Origin: Lytechinus pictus
Taxonomy: Eukaryota
Reading direction: 5' to 3'
NCBI RefSeq assembly: GCF_037042905.1
Contig: NC_087245.1
Span: 27,468,001-27,532,000, forward strand
DNA length: 64,000 nt
A program made the translations under genes and the position numbers. The notes under the pieces were generated by a model. It was given only the letters and a program-made list of their open reading frames with translations. It had not been told where the DNA came from and searched no databases. This document shows, in pieces, positions 1 through 14,083 of this stretch; the stretch's first letter is position 1, and every line of letters starts with the position of its first letter.

Positions 1-493
1 AAATGACCTTTGACCTTACCATGTGACCTCCAACTGCAGCATTACATGCATGTCCCCCAGGTTCATCTACCATCCAAGTTTGGTTGAAAAGTGACTTACT
101 GTTGCGGAGTAAGGTGTCATAAGAGTTTTGCATGTAAACTTTAACGTTGACCTGAAAATGACCTTTGACCTTACCGTGTGACCTCTGACTGCAGCATAAC
201 ATGCAGGACCCCCAAGTCCATCTACCATCCAAGTTTGGTTGAAAAGTGACTTACGGTAGCGGAGTTAGGTGTCATAAGAGTCTTGCATGTAAACTTTAAC
301 GTTGACCTGAAAATGACCTTACCATGTGACCTCAGACTGCAGCATAACATGCAGGTCCCCCTAGTCCATCTACCATCCAAGTTTGGTTGAAAAGTGACTT
401 ACGGTTGCGGAGATATGTGTCATAAGGTTTGTGACGGACAGACGACATTTGGATCCCTAAGTCTCGCCTTCACCTCCGGTGGGCGAGACAAAA
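1..493 (-). mobile_element. Helentron/DINE-like non-autonomous element (sister family), truncated by window edge; ~155-bp tandem units
   Basis: Three ~155-bp units with TGACC(TTTGACC)TT at 4, 159 and 314. Terminal hairpin GTCTCGCC...GGCGAGAC followed by AAAA, next to a GACG/GACA microsatellite. Confidence 0.7.
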
Positions 494-623
494 TAAGATG
501 CAAAATGATTTCTACCACTGAAACATGTATTACTATCATGTACTTGCACTTGAAATTCTCGAGTTGTCTTAAAACAGCAGTTTTTCTGGCCCCTGACTGG
601 GCATAAGCCACACTGTATGAAGC

Positions 624-2240
624 TTAACCCTAAGAAGACTGGGGGGAGGGGGCTGAATCATTCTTCGCGATAAATCCACCGCTCGAAATTTCTTGACCGC
701 GTCGCTCGCTGACTTTTTACTTTCAAGTCTCGCGCAACTTTTAAGACCAAAATTGTGACCCCCTGGTACACGGTTCGGAAATTACACAACATTTCGTAAG
801 TGCATGCAGACCCAAAATTACTCAAACACGTGAATTTGTGTACAAATCCAATGCAAATAGTGTTTTTAGCCAAAATTCATAAATGTATCATTATTTTTCC
901 TTTTACTGCTTAAAATCAATTAATTTTATCTTGTTTATGGTCAAAATAAAGTCCCCAACAATTTCCATTAAAAAAACAATTTAAAAAAAAAGTCGAAAAA
1001 GAAATTTAGAAAACAATAGAGTACATAAAACAAGTGGAATGCCTCTGGCCGTCTCACCTGCATCACGCGATTCAATATAGCAGCAGTGCTGATTTTGAAA
1101 ACTACTATAACTCGCACAAGATGTTCAGTGATACTTGGTTACTCTTATTTCCACGTTTTATGAACTAGACCAATACACTTATAGAGATATGATGGCAATT
1201 CAACAAATACCCCCAACGTGGCCAAAGTTCTTTGACCTTACATGACCTTTGACCTTGATCATGTGACCTGAAACTCGCACAGGATGTTCAGTGATACTTG
1301 ATTACTATTATGTCCAAGTTTTATGAACTAGACCAACACACTTTCAAATTTATGGCTGTAATTCAACAAATACCCCAATTTGGCCAAAGTTCATTGACCC
1401 TAAATGACCTTTGACCTTGATCATGTGACCTGAAACTTGCACAGGATGTTCAGTAATACTTGATTACTATTATGTCCAAGTTTCATGAATCAGATCCATA
1501 AACTTTCAAAGTTATGATGGTAATTCAACATATACCCCCAATTCGGCCAAAGTTCATTGACCCTAAATGACCTTTGACCTTGGTCATGTGACGTGAAACT
1601 CATGCAGGATGTTCAGTGATACTTGATTAACCTTATGTATAAGTTTCATGAACTAGGTCCATATATTTTCTAAGTTATGATGACATTTCAAAAACTTAAC
1701 CTTAGGTTAAGATTTTGATGTTGATTCCCCCAACATGGTCTAAGTTCATTGACCCTAAATGACCTTTGACCTTGGTCATGTGACATGAAACTCAGGCAGG
1801 ATGTTCAGTAATACTTGATTAACCTTATGGCCAAGTTTCATGAACTAGGTCCATATACTTTCTAAGTTATGCTGTCATTTCAAAAACTTAACCTCAGGTT
1901 AAGATTTGGTGTTGACGCCGCCGCCGTCGCCGTCGGAAAAGCGGCGCCTATAGTCTCACTCTGCTATGCAGGTGAGACAAAAATGAATGTTTTTTTGAAA
2001 TTTTTGAAAAATAAATTTGATCAGATGCCTATCTTGAGTATGTAAAACAAAAATTAGCATTTTAGGGGCATTACTTTATTAATTAAAACAAACTTATGAT
2101 TTTAGGCATAAATTAGCATAATTAATGAGCAATGAGATTTTTCGCAGAATTTGATATTACAGTTTTGTAGATGCCATGGGTAACGCGCATGCCAATTTTC
2201 GTCGCGATCGATGGCCGAGATCATAAGGGGGGGCTGAATA
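624..2240. mobile_element. Possible truncated piggyBac-like MITE hosting HINE copy 1
   Basis: TTAA|CCCT left end; GGGGGCTGAAT occurs near both ends; the matching right TIR was not found. Confidence 0.35.
1030..1983 (-). mobile_element. Helentron-associated (HINE/DINE/pearl-like) element, copy 1; ~162-bp internal tandem units
   Basis: Subterminal inverted repeats GTCTCACCTGCAT/ATGCAGGTGAGAC, terminal hairpin GTCTCAC..GTGAGAC, (GCC)n microsatellite, ends in A/T runs. Near-identical to the copies at 28524, 34598 and 52256. Confidence 0.8.
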
Positions 2241-3372
2241 ATAACATTTTGTACATGACGGAGGATTCCAGTCACAAACCATCTGTTATTTGCGAAAAAT
2301 GTCTTATTAGGGAATTTCGAACGTATGTCTGACCATCACGTTTGAGGAAACATCCTGAAATGATTTGTCACAGTTTTCTAGTTTATCTAATTATGGTGAA
2401 TAAGAAAATATGTATTTGGTAGTTTGAATTAGGCCTAAATACATGTATATACAGCTGTAATGCCCTCAATTGCCATTCCATGGTGTGAAGTGAGGTTAAA
2501 ATTGAGAAATGGGGATCAGACATTCATGTATAAAAATCATAAAGGTCAAGCATTTCTTGGAATTTCCCATTAGTAAAAATAATGACAAGAGAGAACACTG
2601 AAATAAGTATGAAAATGTTTTTATTTTCATAAACATGTAGAAGAATCATCATCATTCATCACAATATCAATATTCCATGTTAACTTGGCATCCATTCTCC
2701 CAATATTAAATTCCAGTGACCATGTACAAATGAATTATAAAGGATCATACTTTGGCTTAATAACGATTCTCCTTCGCAGACATAAGATGTGGACATTTGT
2801 TGTGCATATAAAGTGGAATACATGGCAGTTTGAGGTACTGGAAGCTGAAAAAATTTGTTAATAATAACCACATAATAACATACCCTAGTTATAACAAATT
2901 CATTTCGTTGGTTGACTTTTTTTTTTGCCCTAATGAAACATGATTTATTTGCTTTTTTGCAGTAAGAAGTTATACAGATCCTACATTCAGATCTACTTAT
3001 AGTTTCACACTTTATTTTCTACACGCTGATTTCAATCAAAAATACAAATTTTCACATTGATTGGTGATGGTAACTTTGCCAGACCATGGAAACCTTGATT
3101 CTGGTCAGCTTCTGAGCCCTGTTACCATAAGTTCCCATAAACCCAAGGCCTGTATGAAACGGGCCCGAGGAGTGTTTCATGAAAGGACTTGTCGGACGCT
3201 TTATCCGAAAAATCCTGATTCGTCCGACTGTCTCCATAGTAACATTGCTTCTCAAAACCAATCAAAATCAAGGAAAGTTGTCAGGTCTGACATCTCGTCT
3301 GACAAAAATGTTCATGAAATGCGCCTGAATGCAGCGATGCCACTTTTCAGACTTTTCTAGCCTATCGACCAG

Positions 3373-3545
3373 GAGGGTGTTTCATAAAGCTGTTCGTAAG
3401 TTAAGAGTGACTTTAAGAACAACTGGTGAACCTTTCTTACGCACTTAACCAAATCGCCAATGAATATACCATTTACCACAAGAAAGGATCACCAGTCGTT
3501 CTTAAAGTCGCTCTTAACTTACGAACAGCTTTATGAAACACCCAC
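3373..3545. mobile_element. Palindromic Harbinger-like MITE
   Basis: ~65-bp arms GGGTGTTTCATAAAGCTGTTCGTAAG.../...CTTACGAACAGCTTTATGAAACACCC; CAG on both flanks. Confidence 0.75.
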
Positions 3546-5549
3546 CAGCAGTATATTGATTGTTCTGCTATTAATCTCCTTGCATTCAAGCACAGATCAG
3601 TAATAGAATGTATACTAGTCACCTTTGTGTGAGGTGGAGTAGCAGTCTCTTGCCATATATCATGAAATTTTTTCTTCCCTTTTTCGGACATTTTACAAAA
3701 CTGACTCGTATCCTCAAGACATGACAAAAAATTGAGATAAAGGTTGCTGTCTTGCTGTCTAGATAAATGAGGATATTAAGTTTTGAGAGATAATAGCCGT
3801 ATTCTGAAGTCTGTTTAACTCTGGCCAAGGTCTAAATCTGCTAAATGATTTTTAGGTTTCTTTCTCCATGTTTGGAAAAAAAAAAATTATGTATTATTCC
3901 CAGAGTGAATTGAGCACCAAAATTGCTGACAAATCAAATTTTTAGGGTTAAAGATTTGTCAATTGTTTTATATGTCATAATTGGCTACCCACAATTAAAC
4001 AAAACAATTTGACCAGAGTTTAAATCAAACTCATGTTTGGACCAATGTGAGCAGTGACAAGACAACCTTCAAACATGGTTTTAGATGGCTTGAAACACAT
4101 TTAATGCAAAAAGCAAAAAACCCATCATTTTCCATAGCTGTGATTGATGAATACTTCAGTATAAAGACTAGCATAAGAATTAGGCAAGATTTTTTTTGGA
4201 GAAAAAATCGTATATCATAAAATAATTTTCAAAAACCTAAAATATCACATTTCTTATTTTATTATAGATACATGTACACATGTATAACACTGAGCAGAAT
4301 GATCAGTACATGAACAAGAAGAATGTCTCACCAGTTATTTAAATCAATTTAAATAAGATAAATACAATCTGTATTTTTTTTGTTGAAAATTTTACTCCAG
4401 TCTTTAGATCTCGGTGGCTGAGGTCTGAAAGTCTAAAATAGCTCAGTTAAAATGGGGTTAAGCCCCACATGTGATGTATAATACAAAGCCTGAAGAATAG
4501 CATATCTGCTGTAATTACCCTGTGCAGTAAAGTGAGACATGATGCCTGTTTCTGTCAAAATTTACAGCAAGGGGGTCAGTTGGGTAAAATTCATGATTAC
4601 CAAGCAAAAGCGTTTCTCATTATTATTTTTTTTTTAATATTTGATAACTATTGGAGCTTTGTAGTATCCTAACAAATTATTAGAAACATTGTTAAGAAGG
4701 CTTTTTAGTATGATACATATTAATAAATATCAAAAATATTATGTTCATTGCACAATTAAAAATAAAACATGTTTGAAATAAAAACCATTAATAAGATCTT
4801 AATGATGATATGAGTAATACAAGAGGTGATATAAAAATATGAATTTACAATGTGAACACCATCATAACCTCGGCAGGTATAAAACCATACATGCATGCAA
4901 GTCATGTAAAATATGTGATCAGAATAAACTTATATACATGTACATAACATTTACCAGTGAATAGTAGTACACAAACTCATTTCACACACATCACTCATTA
5001 CATGTTCATGTACACATAAATTGTAAGCCTCAAATTTGCATATTTGCTGATTTTGTATTATACAAGGAATGTTCTTGTACAAAAATATCCAATGCTGTAT
5101 GTCTATAAAAATCATTCAAATTCAGCATTCCGTTTAATACTACATACATGTACAGTACATGGGACTTTTTTAATCACCCCCCTTTTTTTCTCTTTTGATT
5201 AATTTTTTTCTTTGATTTTCTGGGACTAATGGACTACTTTGCAGAAACTACTAACCAAATCTAGAACATTGGATATACATTAACACTGCAGTCAATGGGG
5301 AGTTTCCGGGGCTCGTTTGAGCATTTTAGGGGGCAATTGCCCAGTGTATTCTTTTCTCTGTTGCTCATGGTGATTTACATGTACATATAATTGTCAGGAT
5401 TAGTAACATAGATTTCAACAGAGATGATAACCAAAATATCATAATTGCCATTTACCGTTAATACATGAAGAATCAATAATAATTATAAAAATAGGCATTT
5501 GTACAGCGCCATTTATCTAGAAACAATCTATTGCGAGGCACATTGTTAT

Positions 5550-5760
5550 CATTATTATTACCCCGACTTTAGCTTGAGCTGCCTTTCAGCGCTCGTGCAT
5601 TCAAGGAATTCATCCTGCCAGGTACCCATTCACCACACCTGGGTCAAGTGCAGCACAGTGTAGATAAAATTTCTTGCTGAAGGAAAACACGACATGGCTA
5701 GGATTCAAACCCACGACCCTCTGTTTGAAAGGCGAGAGTCAGTACCACTAGACCATGACA
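5550..5760 (-). mobile_element. tRNA-derived SINE; related copies at ~11575-11812 (+) and ~41615-41755 (-, partial)
   Basis: Minus strand TGGTCTAGTGG (A box) and GGTTTGAATCC (B box), core CCTTCAGCAAGAAA...TGCTGCACT.GACCCAGG...AATGGGTACC, (TAA)n tail. Confidence 0.7.
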
Positions 5761-6277
5761 TGACAATAATTCAAGAACTTGTAAAATGACAAAATATTTA
5801 CTAAAAAGTCTCGTAGTACACCTAAAATACTATTACTTTGTGTATGGTCCCATTGTACAATACAGGACAACAAAAAGTGATAACTCTCTTCATCAATGGA
5901 GATGACACATGTATAATTGGGGCACCACACCACTGCCCTTTCCAAATCTGAGTGCAGGAACAGGCAATTAGTCAAAAGTCTGTGTTGTATCATTCGCAGG
6001 AATTATGTAATTAAAGTGCAATACATCTTTCCATTGCAGCTTTCCAGCATTTTCTATTATTGTCCATCATGAAATGTGAAGTTATAAGTGAAGATATGTA
6101 CTGAGAATCCACCTGCAGCATTCCTGCCGGAAAAACGAGGTTCTGCATTTTTACAAGGCTCCTTAAAACCCTCAACCCTGAAACATGGCATATATCAGTA
6201 CATATTGGTAGTACATTTATATCGTATTTCATCACCATGCAGCATTAGAGTAGGTGCAGATAGGTCTATGGTAATTA

Positions 6278-9200
6278 TTAAGAGATTGGTGTCTTGTCTA
6301 TACTTCTCTTGGCATTCGCTTTCCAGCTTAAATAGGTATTCCACATCACTGAGACCACATTGACAACCAGAACTCTGCAAATGATCATCAAGAAACAAAG
6401 AGAATCGTGGGTAATATTTTGTCTAGACGTAAACCTTAACTCTTTATCCCCTTTTTAAACTATAAAATGTATTACTTTATTTTGTGCTACATATGTTGGG
6501 CTCTAATTCACAAGTATTGCTTTCTAGGGGTCGAAACCTTTCATATTTTGTATTGCATAATTTGTTAACTATTTTGTTTGTATTTTATTTGATTTTTTTA
6601 TGATTGGTTATTATTCAATTGAAAACTTAAAACCTTCCCCAAACCTGTCCAATATACATTTCTGATATTTTTCAGCACAAACCATGGTGTGTAAAAAAAT
6701 AAACATAGCACAGCTATCTGAAGTGTATGCTATGTGCTTGCGATAAAACAGGGATTGTATACTGTGTTGTTTCTAATTTGAGACAAAGCAAGTTGGAACT
6801 TATGTTAGAATGGTCTCATGATACCAATGAAACATTTTACTATGTCAATAAGGGGTTGTTTCTACAGACTATGTAGCAGTACATATATGCATGATCATGA
6901 ATTACATGCTATTCCAAACCTGATTTGGGTATATTTGGAAACCTTGTCCTTGATGTATACAGGCTGCAACCTGTCTTTGCTAGCTGTGACATTCGATCCA
7001 ATTTCAAATCAATTCATATCTCTAAATTTTCTTTTTCATCCACTGAAAATCCATATTGAAATTTTACGAGAGCCACCCACTAGTAGTAAGAATACATACA
7101 TGTAAAACATATATAATAATTTTGTTTCCAATTTAAAGAGAAAAAGGCATATGTATACTGTACATTAGAAATGAAAACATTCATATTATGGGAATAATAG
7201 AAAAACATATAAAATATAACATAATATCTCCAATAAAACAGATTTTCAAAGAAAAAGGACTAAATATTTACAGGCCTTGAATTTCGATATTTTTTACAGG
7301 GCAAAGCCACTTTTCAAAAGGGCACATTTTTATATTACTGCACAAATGGGGAAAATTAAAAAGGGCCCCAAAATAATTCAAGACCAGTTAACGGAACATT
7401 GCCAATCAGTAGTTGCCCTAGGATGAATTTAAGTCCCGTTATTAGCAGCATTACCCAAGTACCCAAATTTTGACATTAGATCCAACAGATATGGATTTTA
7501 AAAAATCAAAATCTTTTTAAATACCTGTGTAGAAGTGGAACATAGTAAAAGTTGACTAGTTGTACTGCTGGCCAGATCTGCATGAGAGAAAAGAGACGTG
7601 AAAGCGAGTTATAAAAAAATATGTAAATCAGCCAAAAGAGTGAAATATATTCCCATGGTAATCTCTTCTAGGGCAAACTGTACAAAAGCATTAAACCAAC
7701 CAGAAACTGGACCATTTTATTGTGACTGTGTAGTGACCTTTAATTTTAATGAAAAAAACATTCATTTAACTAATTCTTGCTTTCTTTAAATTCCAGTTTT
7801 CATGTGGCACCAACATTTCTTTTCAATGAAATGAGAGCAATTTTTTTAATAGTTTGTACTGAAAGTTTACCAAGTCTTCATGGTATCATCACATAACACC
7901 TTAATTAAAAAAAATGTATTTCTATACGGATTGGTATTAAGTGCAAGTACTGTACATAAATTTGTAGTTACATGTATCTAAAATTGACTTGAATTTGACT
8001 GTAGTACCATCACATTCTGAAAAAGAGGCAACTTTGTATGAATACTCAACAACAGTCAACCTTTTTCCAACCTGTAAATTTCAACTGAATTTAGCTGGTA
8101 TGATTTCTTTAACACAGAGAAAATGATAATGCCTCGCCACTTATAACTGAACAGTTCAGTACATATACATGAAGCTTAATCCCTCAGTACTCTGGCAAAG
8201 AATAGATGAGCCTTTCTAATCTCAATCATGCATGAATCTAGGAGACTTTATTGGTATTGCATAATCCTAATACTTGCTTAGTCATGAACTACTTCTCTTT
8301 ATTATGATGCATGATAAACCTACATGTAATGTAACTTGGGACATTTATACCAAATAATAATAATAATCCGCTTTTATATATAAAATACATACCATGAGTC
8401 CCTTCATAAAGGTGCTTGGTATATCCTGCAAGCAAATAATATAAAATCAAAAGGATTACAAAAATTAATGTATCAATTATTTTGTAAGATGATTTTAATA
8501 ATTAAATACAAATTCCGAAATACACTACTAGCACCAAAAATGTGTAAAGCCACCCTAGTACACCCACCCCCTTCCAATATCATGGCAACCAGACATGCCA
8601 ACCTCTGGGAATTAGAAACTTTACGATGATCTAAAATAAATGCATTTTCCACCCCAAAACTGTACCTTCTAGTGGCTCTAAAGTGGCCTTTGACGAAGTG
8701 GCTTTGACTTTTTGACCTTGGCCTGGGCACTTGGAATTGAATTAATTCAATTGCCACATGTCTCATGGAAGTTTTATAGAGACATCTTTCCTTCATATTT
8801 CCCCAAAAATTGATATTTATTAAGAAACACCGCAATGCTTTCATTTGGTTGAAGAATGTAATATGACAAGTGGAATCCCTCTGGCGGTCTCACCTGCATC
8901 ACGCGATTCAATATAGCAGCAGTGAAAACTACTATAAAATAATTATTCACAAAAAACACTATTCATACAATGATACAATACTACGCTCATTGATATTTGA
9001 CCTTGATCATGTGACCTAAAACTTGTCAGTGATACTTGATCACCCCTATATATCCACATTTTATACACTATATCCATAGACTTTGAAAGTTATGACAGCA
9101 ATCTAATAATTACCTCTAAAATTGCCAAAGTTCAATGACCTTTGACTTTCGTCGAAAGTGACCTGAAACTCGCACGAGATGTTCAGTGATACTTGATGAC

Positions 9201-12200
9201 TCTTATGTCCAAGTTTCATGAATCAGATCCATAAACTTTCAAAGTTATGGTAATTCAACAGATACCCCCATTGTGGCCAAAGTTCATTGACCTTTGACTT
9301 TCTTCATGTGACCTGAAACTCGCACAAGATGTTCAGTGATACTTGATGACTCTTATGTCCAAGTTTCATGAATCAGATCCATAAACTTTCAAAGTTATGA
9401 TGGTAATTCAACAGATACCCCCAATTTGGCCAAAGTTCATTGACCCAAAATGACCTTTGACCTTGGTCATGTCATGTGAAACTCAAGCAGGATGTTCAGT
9501 AATACTTGATTAACCTTATGTCAAAGTTTCATGAACTAGGTCCATATATTTTCTAGGTTATGACATTTCAAAAACTTAACCTTAGGTTAAGATTTTGATG
9601 TTGATTCCCCCAACATGGTCTAAGTTCATTGACCCTAAATGACCTTTGACCTTGGTCATGTGACCTGAAACTAAGGCAGGATGTTTACTAATACTTGATT
9701 AACCTTATGGCCAAGTTTCATGAACTAGGTCCATATACTTTCTAAGTTATACTGTCATTTCAAAAACTTCACCTTCGGTTAAGATTTGGTGTTGACGCCG
9801 CCGCTGTCGGAAAAGCGGCGCCTATAGTCTCACTCTGCTTCGCAGGTAAGACAAAAATGTAATAATTGGAATGAAAGTATTGATCCGATACATAAAAAAA
9901 AAAATCACTTCCCAAAATATGAAATTTTAGCATCCTTTCTTTTCTCTTCCCCAAATATGCCAATCACTGGCTAAATTAAAGCAGTAAATCTATTGCTCAA
10001 GGGGGGTGAACTATTGTGTCACTCCCTTCCCTATTGAATAGCATAACATCATGTATTTACACCCATGTCAGATAATTTGACATCTGTTAGCCTATAGACA
10101 AATGAAAATACCATATATCATTACAAATACTCCTTACAAAATATATAAAGATTTCCCTTCATTATTATTTGTGTTAAATAAAATGCCAGTTATGGCAGTG
10201 ATCTGAAAATTATCTTGAACACAATCCAATGAGATGGCATTCAAAGTGATTTAAGAAATACTGTATGATTCTAGAAGTAAATAGGTCATTGTTGAGAAGT
10301 CGACAAGATAATCATGGCATTCCAGCAAGCCTATGGGTCTTTCCCTAGCAAAATAATATTGCACTGTCCCACATGTGCTTATCTGGTGATTCTCAGTGTG
10401 ATCATTTTGAAGCTTTAGATTACATGATTGTATTAAAATAAACCAGATCTAGATCTATCATGATATGGTGACAAATAACCTTCATTCTAAAGACTTTTCA
10501 TGAAATCATTGTTTGCTGCAACTACTCTCCTTTAGATTTAAAGGGATATCAAATTATATGAAATTTATTACTTTATCAGGTATGAAAGAAGGTACACTGA
10601 CCCGTTTTAAAATGGCAGGGAGTTCTTCGAGCTTCTTCCCCGTCGTTAATGCAACAGTTGAGAAATAAATCATGAGAAAGTTTGGTCCAAATAGAGTCTG
10701 TAAAATGGAAAAAAAATCAACAATTTATGATAGAATAACATAAAAAAAGAATAATAGTTTATTTAATGGATATGTGGACTCTTTGGAATTATGTAATAAA
10801 ATATATAAATCATGATTTCAATCAGCCAACCCTGGTCATTTACAAAGCATGAATCAATACACATACCCACAAGTGCTTGTCTGTGTTTGAGAATTTATCC
10901 ATAACTGGCTTCGAGATAGATTTCATATTTCACAGCATTTGTACACATGTATATCAGAATGTACTAGCTTTAGATCTGTTTAATATTTAAAGTAACTTTG
11001 GTCTAAAGGACTAGCAAAATATTATTCACTGCGACTCCTCACGATTGGTTTTTAAAAATACAAGGCTATTAAATTACACCAAATAAATGTGAATCATTGG
11101 CAATTTGGACTCTACACTTACAGTTTAAATTTTTACTCTATGCACTATAAACAAAAACAGCAGAAATTAGTTTGACGTACTATCTTTTTAAAATTCCATA
11201 CAGAATCTGCATGTTATTTACTTTACAAAATTTACATTAATAAGAAACTAAAATAGAAACATGTTTATTTCATGTTATCATTGTACAGGTTATATTATAA
11301 AACAAAACGTTCATGTCAAGAGAATGAAGTTTATTAATAAAAAACAAAGATAGGAGATGGAAGTTGACTTACCTGATCAGTTATCACCTTCCATAATGGT
11401 GTAAACTTTCCGGAACCTGGAAACAGTCTGTTTAGAGTTTTATACCAAGCAAACAAAGCCGGACCCTGAAGTAAAAATATACATCTTTATGATTATTTCA
11501 ATGCCTTGTTCTTATGTAGCATTACAATTGTCCCCACTTTAAAATACTGGGAAAAATTGAATGGTGGGTTTTTGTGGGCACATCATCATCTGGTGGTTGT
11601 CCGTCAAATAGAAGGTTGTAGGTTTTAATCCCAGCCACGGCATGTGGAGTCCCAACCACGCCCACGGCATATTTTCCTTCAGCAAGAAATTGATCCACAA
11701 TGTGCTGCACTCAACTCAGGCGAGGTGAATGTAGATGTGAATGAGTACCCAGCATGATTGTTTCCTTATTAATGCACTTGAAATGACAACTCAAGCTAAA
11801 GCTGGGGTAATAATGTCTTTTTGGAATAATATTTTGGCATAGATGCTGTTTTATAAATCTTCATCATTAGTATGGTCTTCAAAATGTTTGACTTTAATCA
11901 TTAGGTATAGTATCTTCTTAAAAATATCATTAAGATCATTGGAAGTGGTGAAGTCAAGAAATATATCAAAGTTCTTTTCCTGAAGGCAAAGTAATCAACT
12001 CCAATGTTGCACCTTTTCTGGGACACCTAGTATACACATCAACACTTGAATAAAATAAATTTTGTTTAGAGCTGAATAAACAAAAACTTGTTTCATTGGT
12101 CCTGAGCTTTTGGCCTAGGAAAATACAACACATATGACCCCTCCCTCAGCTGAATTTTTAGGGGGCACATTATTTTCTTGTGAATAAAATGCTTTAAGAA

Positions 12201-13306
12201 TCAATCATTGACCTACAGGCATATCTTATCCCTACCAAAAAAAAAAAAAAAATGTGCGACTTGATTTTAGTCTACATGTAACTAAACAGGTGAAATAATG
12301 AAATTTTTCCTCTGTGTGGAAAACTGTGATGTAACCTATATTGCTGCCTCTTAGTCCATGAATCTAATCAAGTTGTTACTTACAGCAAAGCACAAGCCAA
12401 AAAGAGTTTGCCTCATAGTCCTTGCTTTGTCGTGATCTTTCCATCCTATCCTTTCAATTGCCTGCTGTGATATACAGTCTGAGGTGAAAAATAGGACACC
12501 TAAAAATCCAAACATAAATGAAAAAAAAAAACAGTTAGAAAACTATTTCTTACTCTTAGGCTGTATGTTGTGGAAATGTGATACCCATGTAAGAAGACTA
12601 GAGAAGGCCCTATTCAACTGGGTATCTTTCATGAATAACATTGATATGGTAGCAAATCTAATTTATTTGAATTGAGTAGAATATGAATGTTCAATGCCTA
12701 CAACAAATGATGCTGACCTCACACAAAGAATTGATCCCAGATAAATTGTATACAACATGAAATGACACAAAACATGAAAAAAAAGTCGTAAACAAAAGAC
12801 CAACATTGAAAATATCTATATCTGGCAAGTCCAGTACGAACATGAATTATTTACTTAGGTTTTGGGGTTGTACAAATTTGTCAATCAAAAGTTTTTCTTT
12901 GTTCTGAACTGTATGCAGCTAAATTCGTATCATTATTTGGACATGAACTATAGTCTATACATAATAAAGTTCAACACTGTACACAAGTTTATAGGAGCAT
13001 AACAAACATGATCCTATCAAATTTAGTTTCCAACTTGTTCCAAGTTCAAAGTGCTATCTCAATCTTATCTTGACATAATTTGCACTCTCTCTTTGGGTCA
13101 GTATCATTTGCCTCAAAGATTACAGTTATAAATTCAGTTAAAAATCAATATCTAGACTCAGAGACTCAGAGTCTATTAATTATTATTACAAAAAAAAAAA
13201 AAAAACAGATGTCAGACTGAGGAGCTGATTTACCCGATGTTACTGCTTGCGTCCGAAAGGGATACTTATTAAGTACTCCTAGATATGCTCTCCACACTGC
13301 CGCCAT
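6278..13306 (-). CDS. MPV17: MPV17 mitochondrial inner-membrane protein (Mpv17/PMP22 family), 186 aa; exons complement(13234-13306, 12384-12499, 11373-11465, 10602-10697, 8393-8425, 7525-7577, 6278-6374)
   Basis: Spliced translation MAAVWRAYLGVLNKYPFRTQAVTSGVLFFTSDCISQQAIE...GPALFAWYKTLNRLFPG...VITDQTLFGP...[38 protein letters not shown] matches MPV17 motifs (WRAY, SQQ, DQ, WPAVQ..NF, WN.YLSWK). All introns are GT-AG in consistent phase. Internal exon sizes 116/93/96/33/53 match those I recall for vertebrate MPV17. Confidence 0.95.
8866..9857 (-). mobile_element. HINE/DINE-like element, diverged copy in an MPV17 intron
   Basis: Same termini (ACAAGTGGAAT...GTCTCACCTGCAT; ...GCAGGTAAGACAAAAA) and tandem units, with more substitutions. 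Confidence 0.78.
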
Positions 13307-14083
13307 CTGATACCTATTATTGACTATGAAGTCTAGAAAATTGAGCACAACCACACCAGGGACAGGATACCAATCTTCAGCAAATCTAAAGAGTAAAGTT
13401 AGATTTAGATTTAGACTTAGAGAATGATTGATATTTTTATTTGGGATTTGAAATGACTGCAAGGTGCAAGTGTAAGTTGCATGTAACATTTATTGGTCTC
13501 TGACTGTAGAGTAACAGGAATTGGTGATAACTATTTAAGCAGCCTGTTGTCATGGTTGTGTTAATTACATGTATCCCATGCAATAATATTAATACTAATA
13601 GATAAAAAATGGTTAGTTAGACTACGGCTACGGTACATCAAAGTAAACATACGGGACTGTATTTACTATTTAGCGGCACAAAATTGAAAGCCAGCGCCAG
13701 GACAATGTACTTAAACTTAAAGTCAAAACATTATCAATGACACACTCCAGTAAATACCATCGTTTAATAAGTTTGTTGTTAAAATCGTATGTTAATATTA
13801 CTAGTACTTAAGTAGCACATACCTACCGGTACGCAAAAAATACAAAAACCGGTAAAAGTTAGACCTGGCTCTCCTCGAGGCTCGAGACAGTCATTCACAC
13901 TCGACTCCAGTCGGTCTCACAACGCAGCGTTAGCTATAGCTAGCGTGCTGCGCTAGCTGCATATATATTAGTCTAGTCCTAGAAAATATTTTCTCGGAGT
14001 ACAGGTTCTCGGTTTTGCGCTCACACTCGGTGCAAATAGATTCGTTTAATATCGTCTAGAACTAGACTACATATATATAAGCA

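Noticed and set aside
1030..1983. Regularly spaced repeats as a CRISPR-like array
   Set aside because: The whole units are homologous with no unique spacers, the context is eukaryotic and there are no cas genes.
3473..3828. Short minus-strand ORFs as exons of another gene
   Set aside because: No recognisable homology or consistent splice chain; partly overlaps a MITE.
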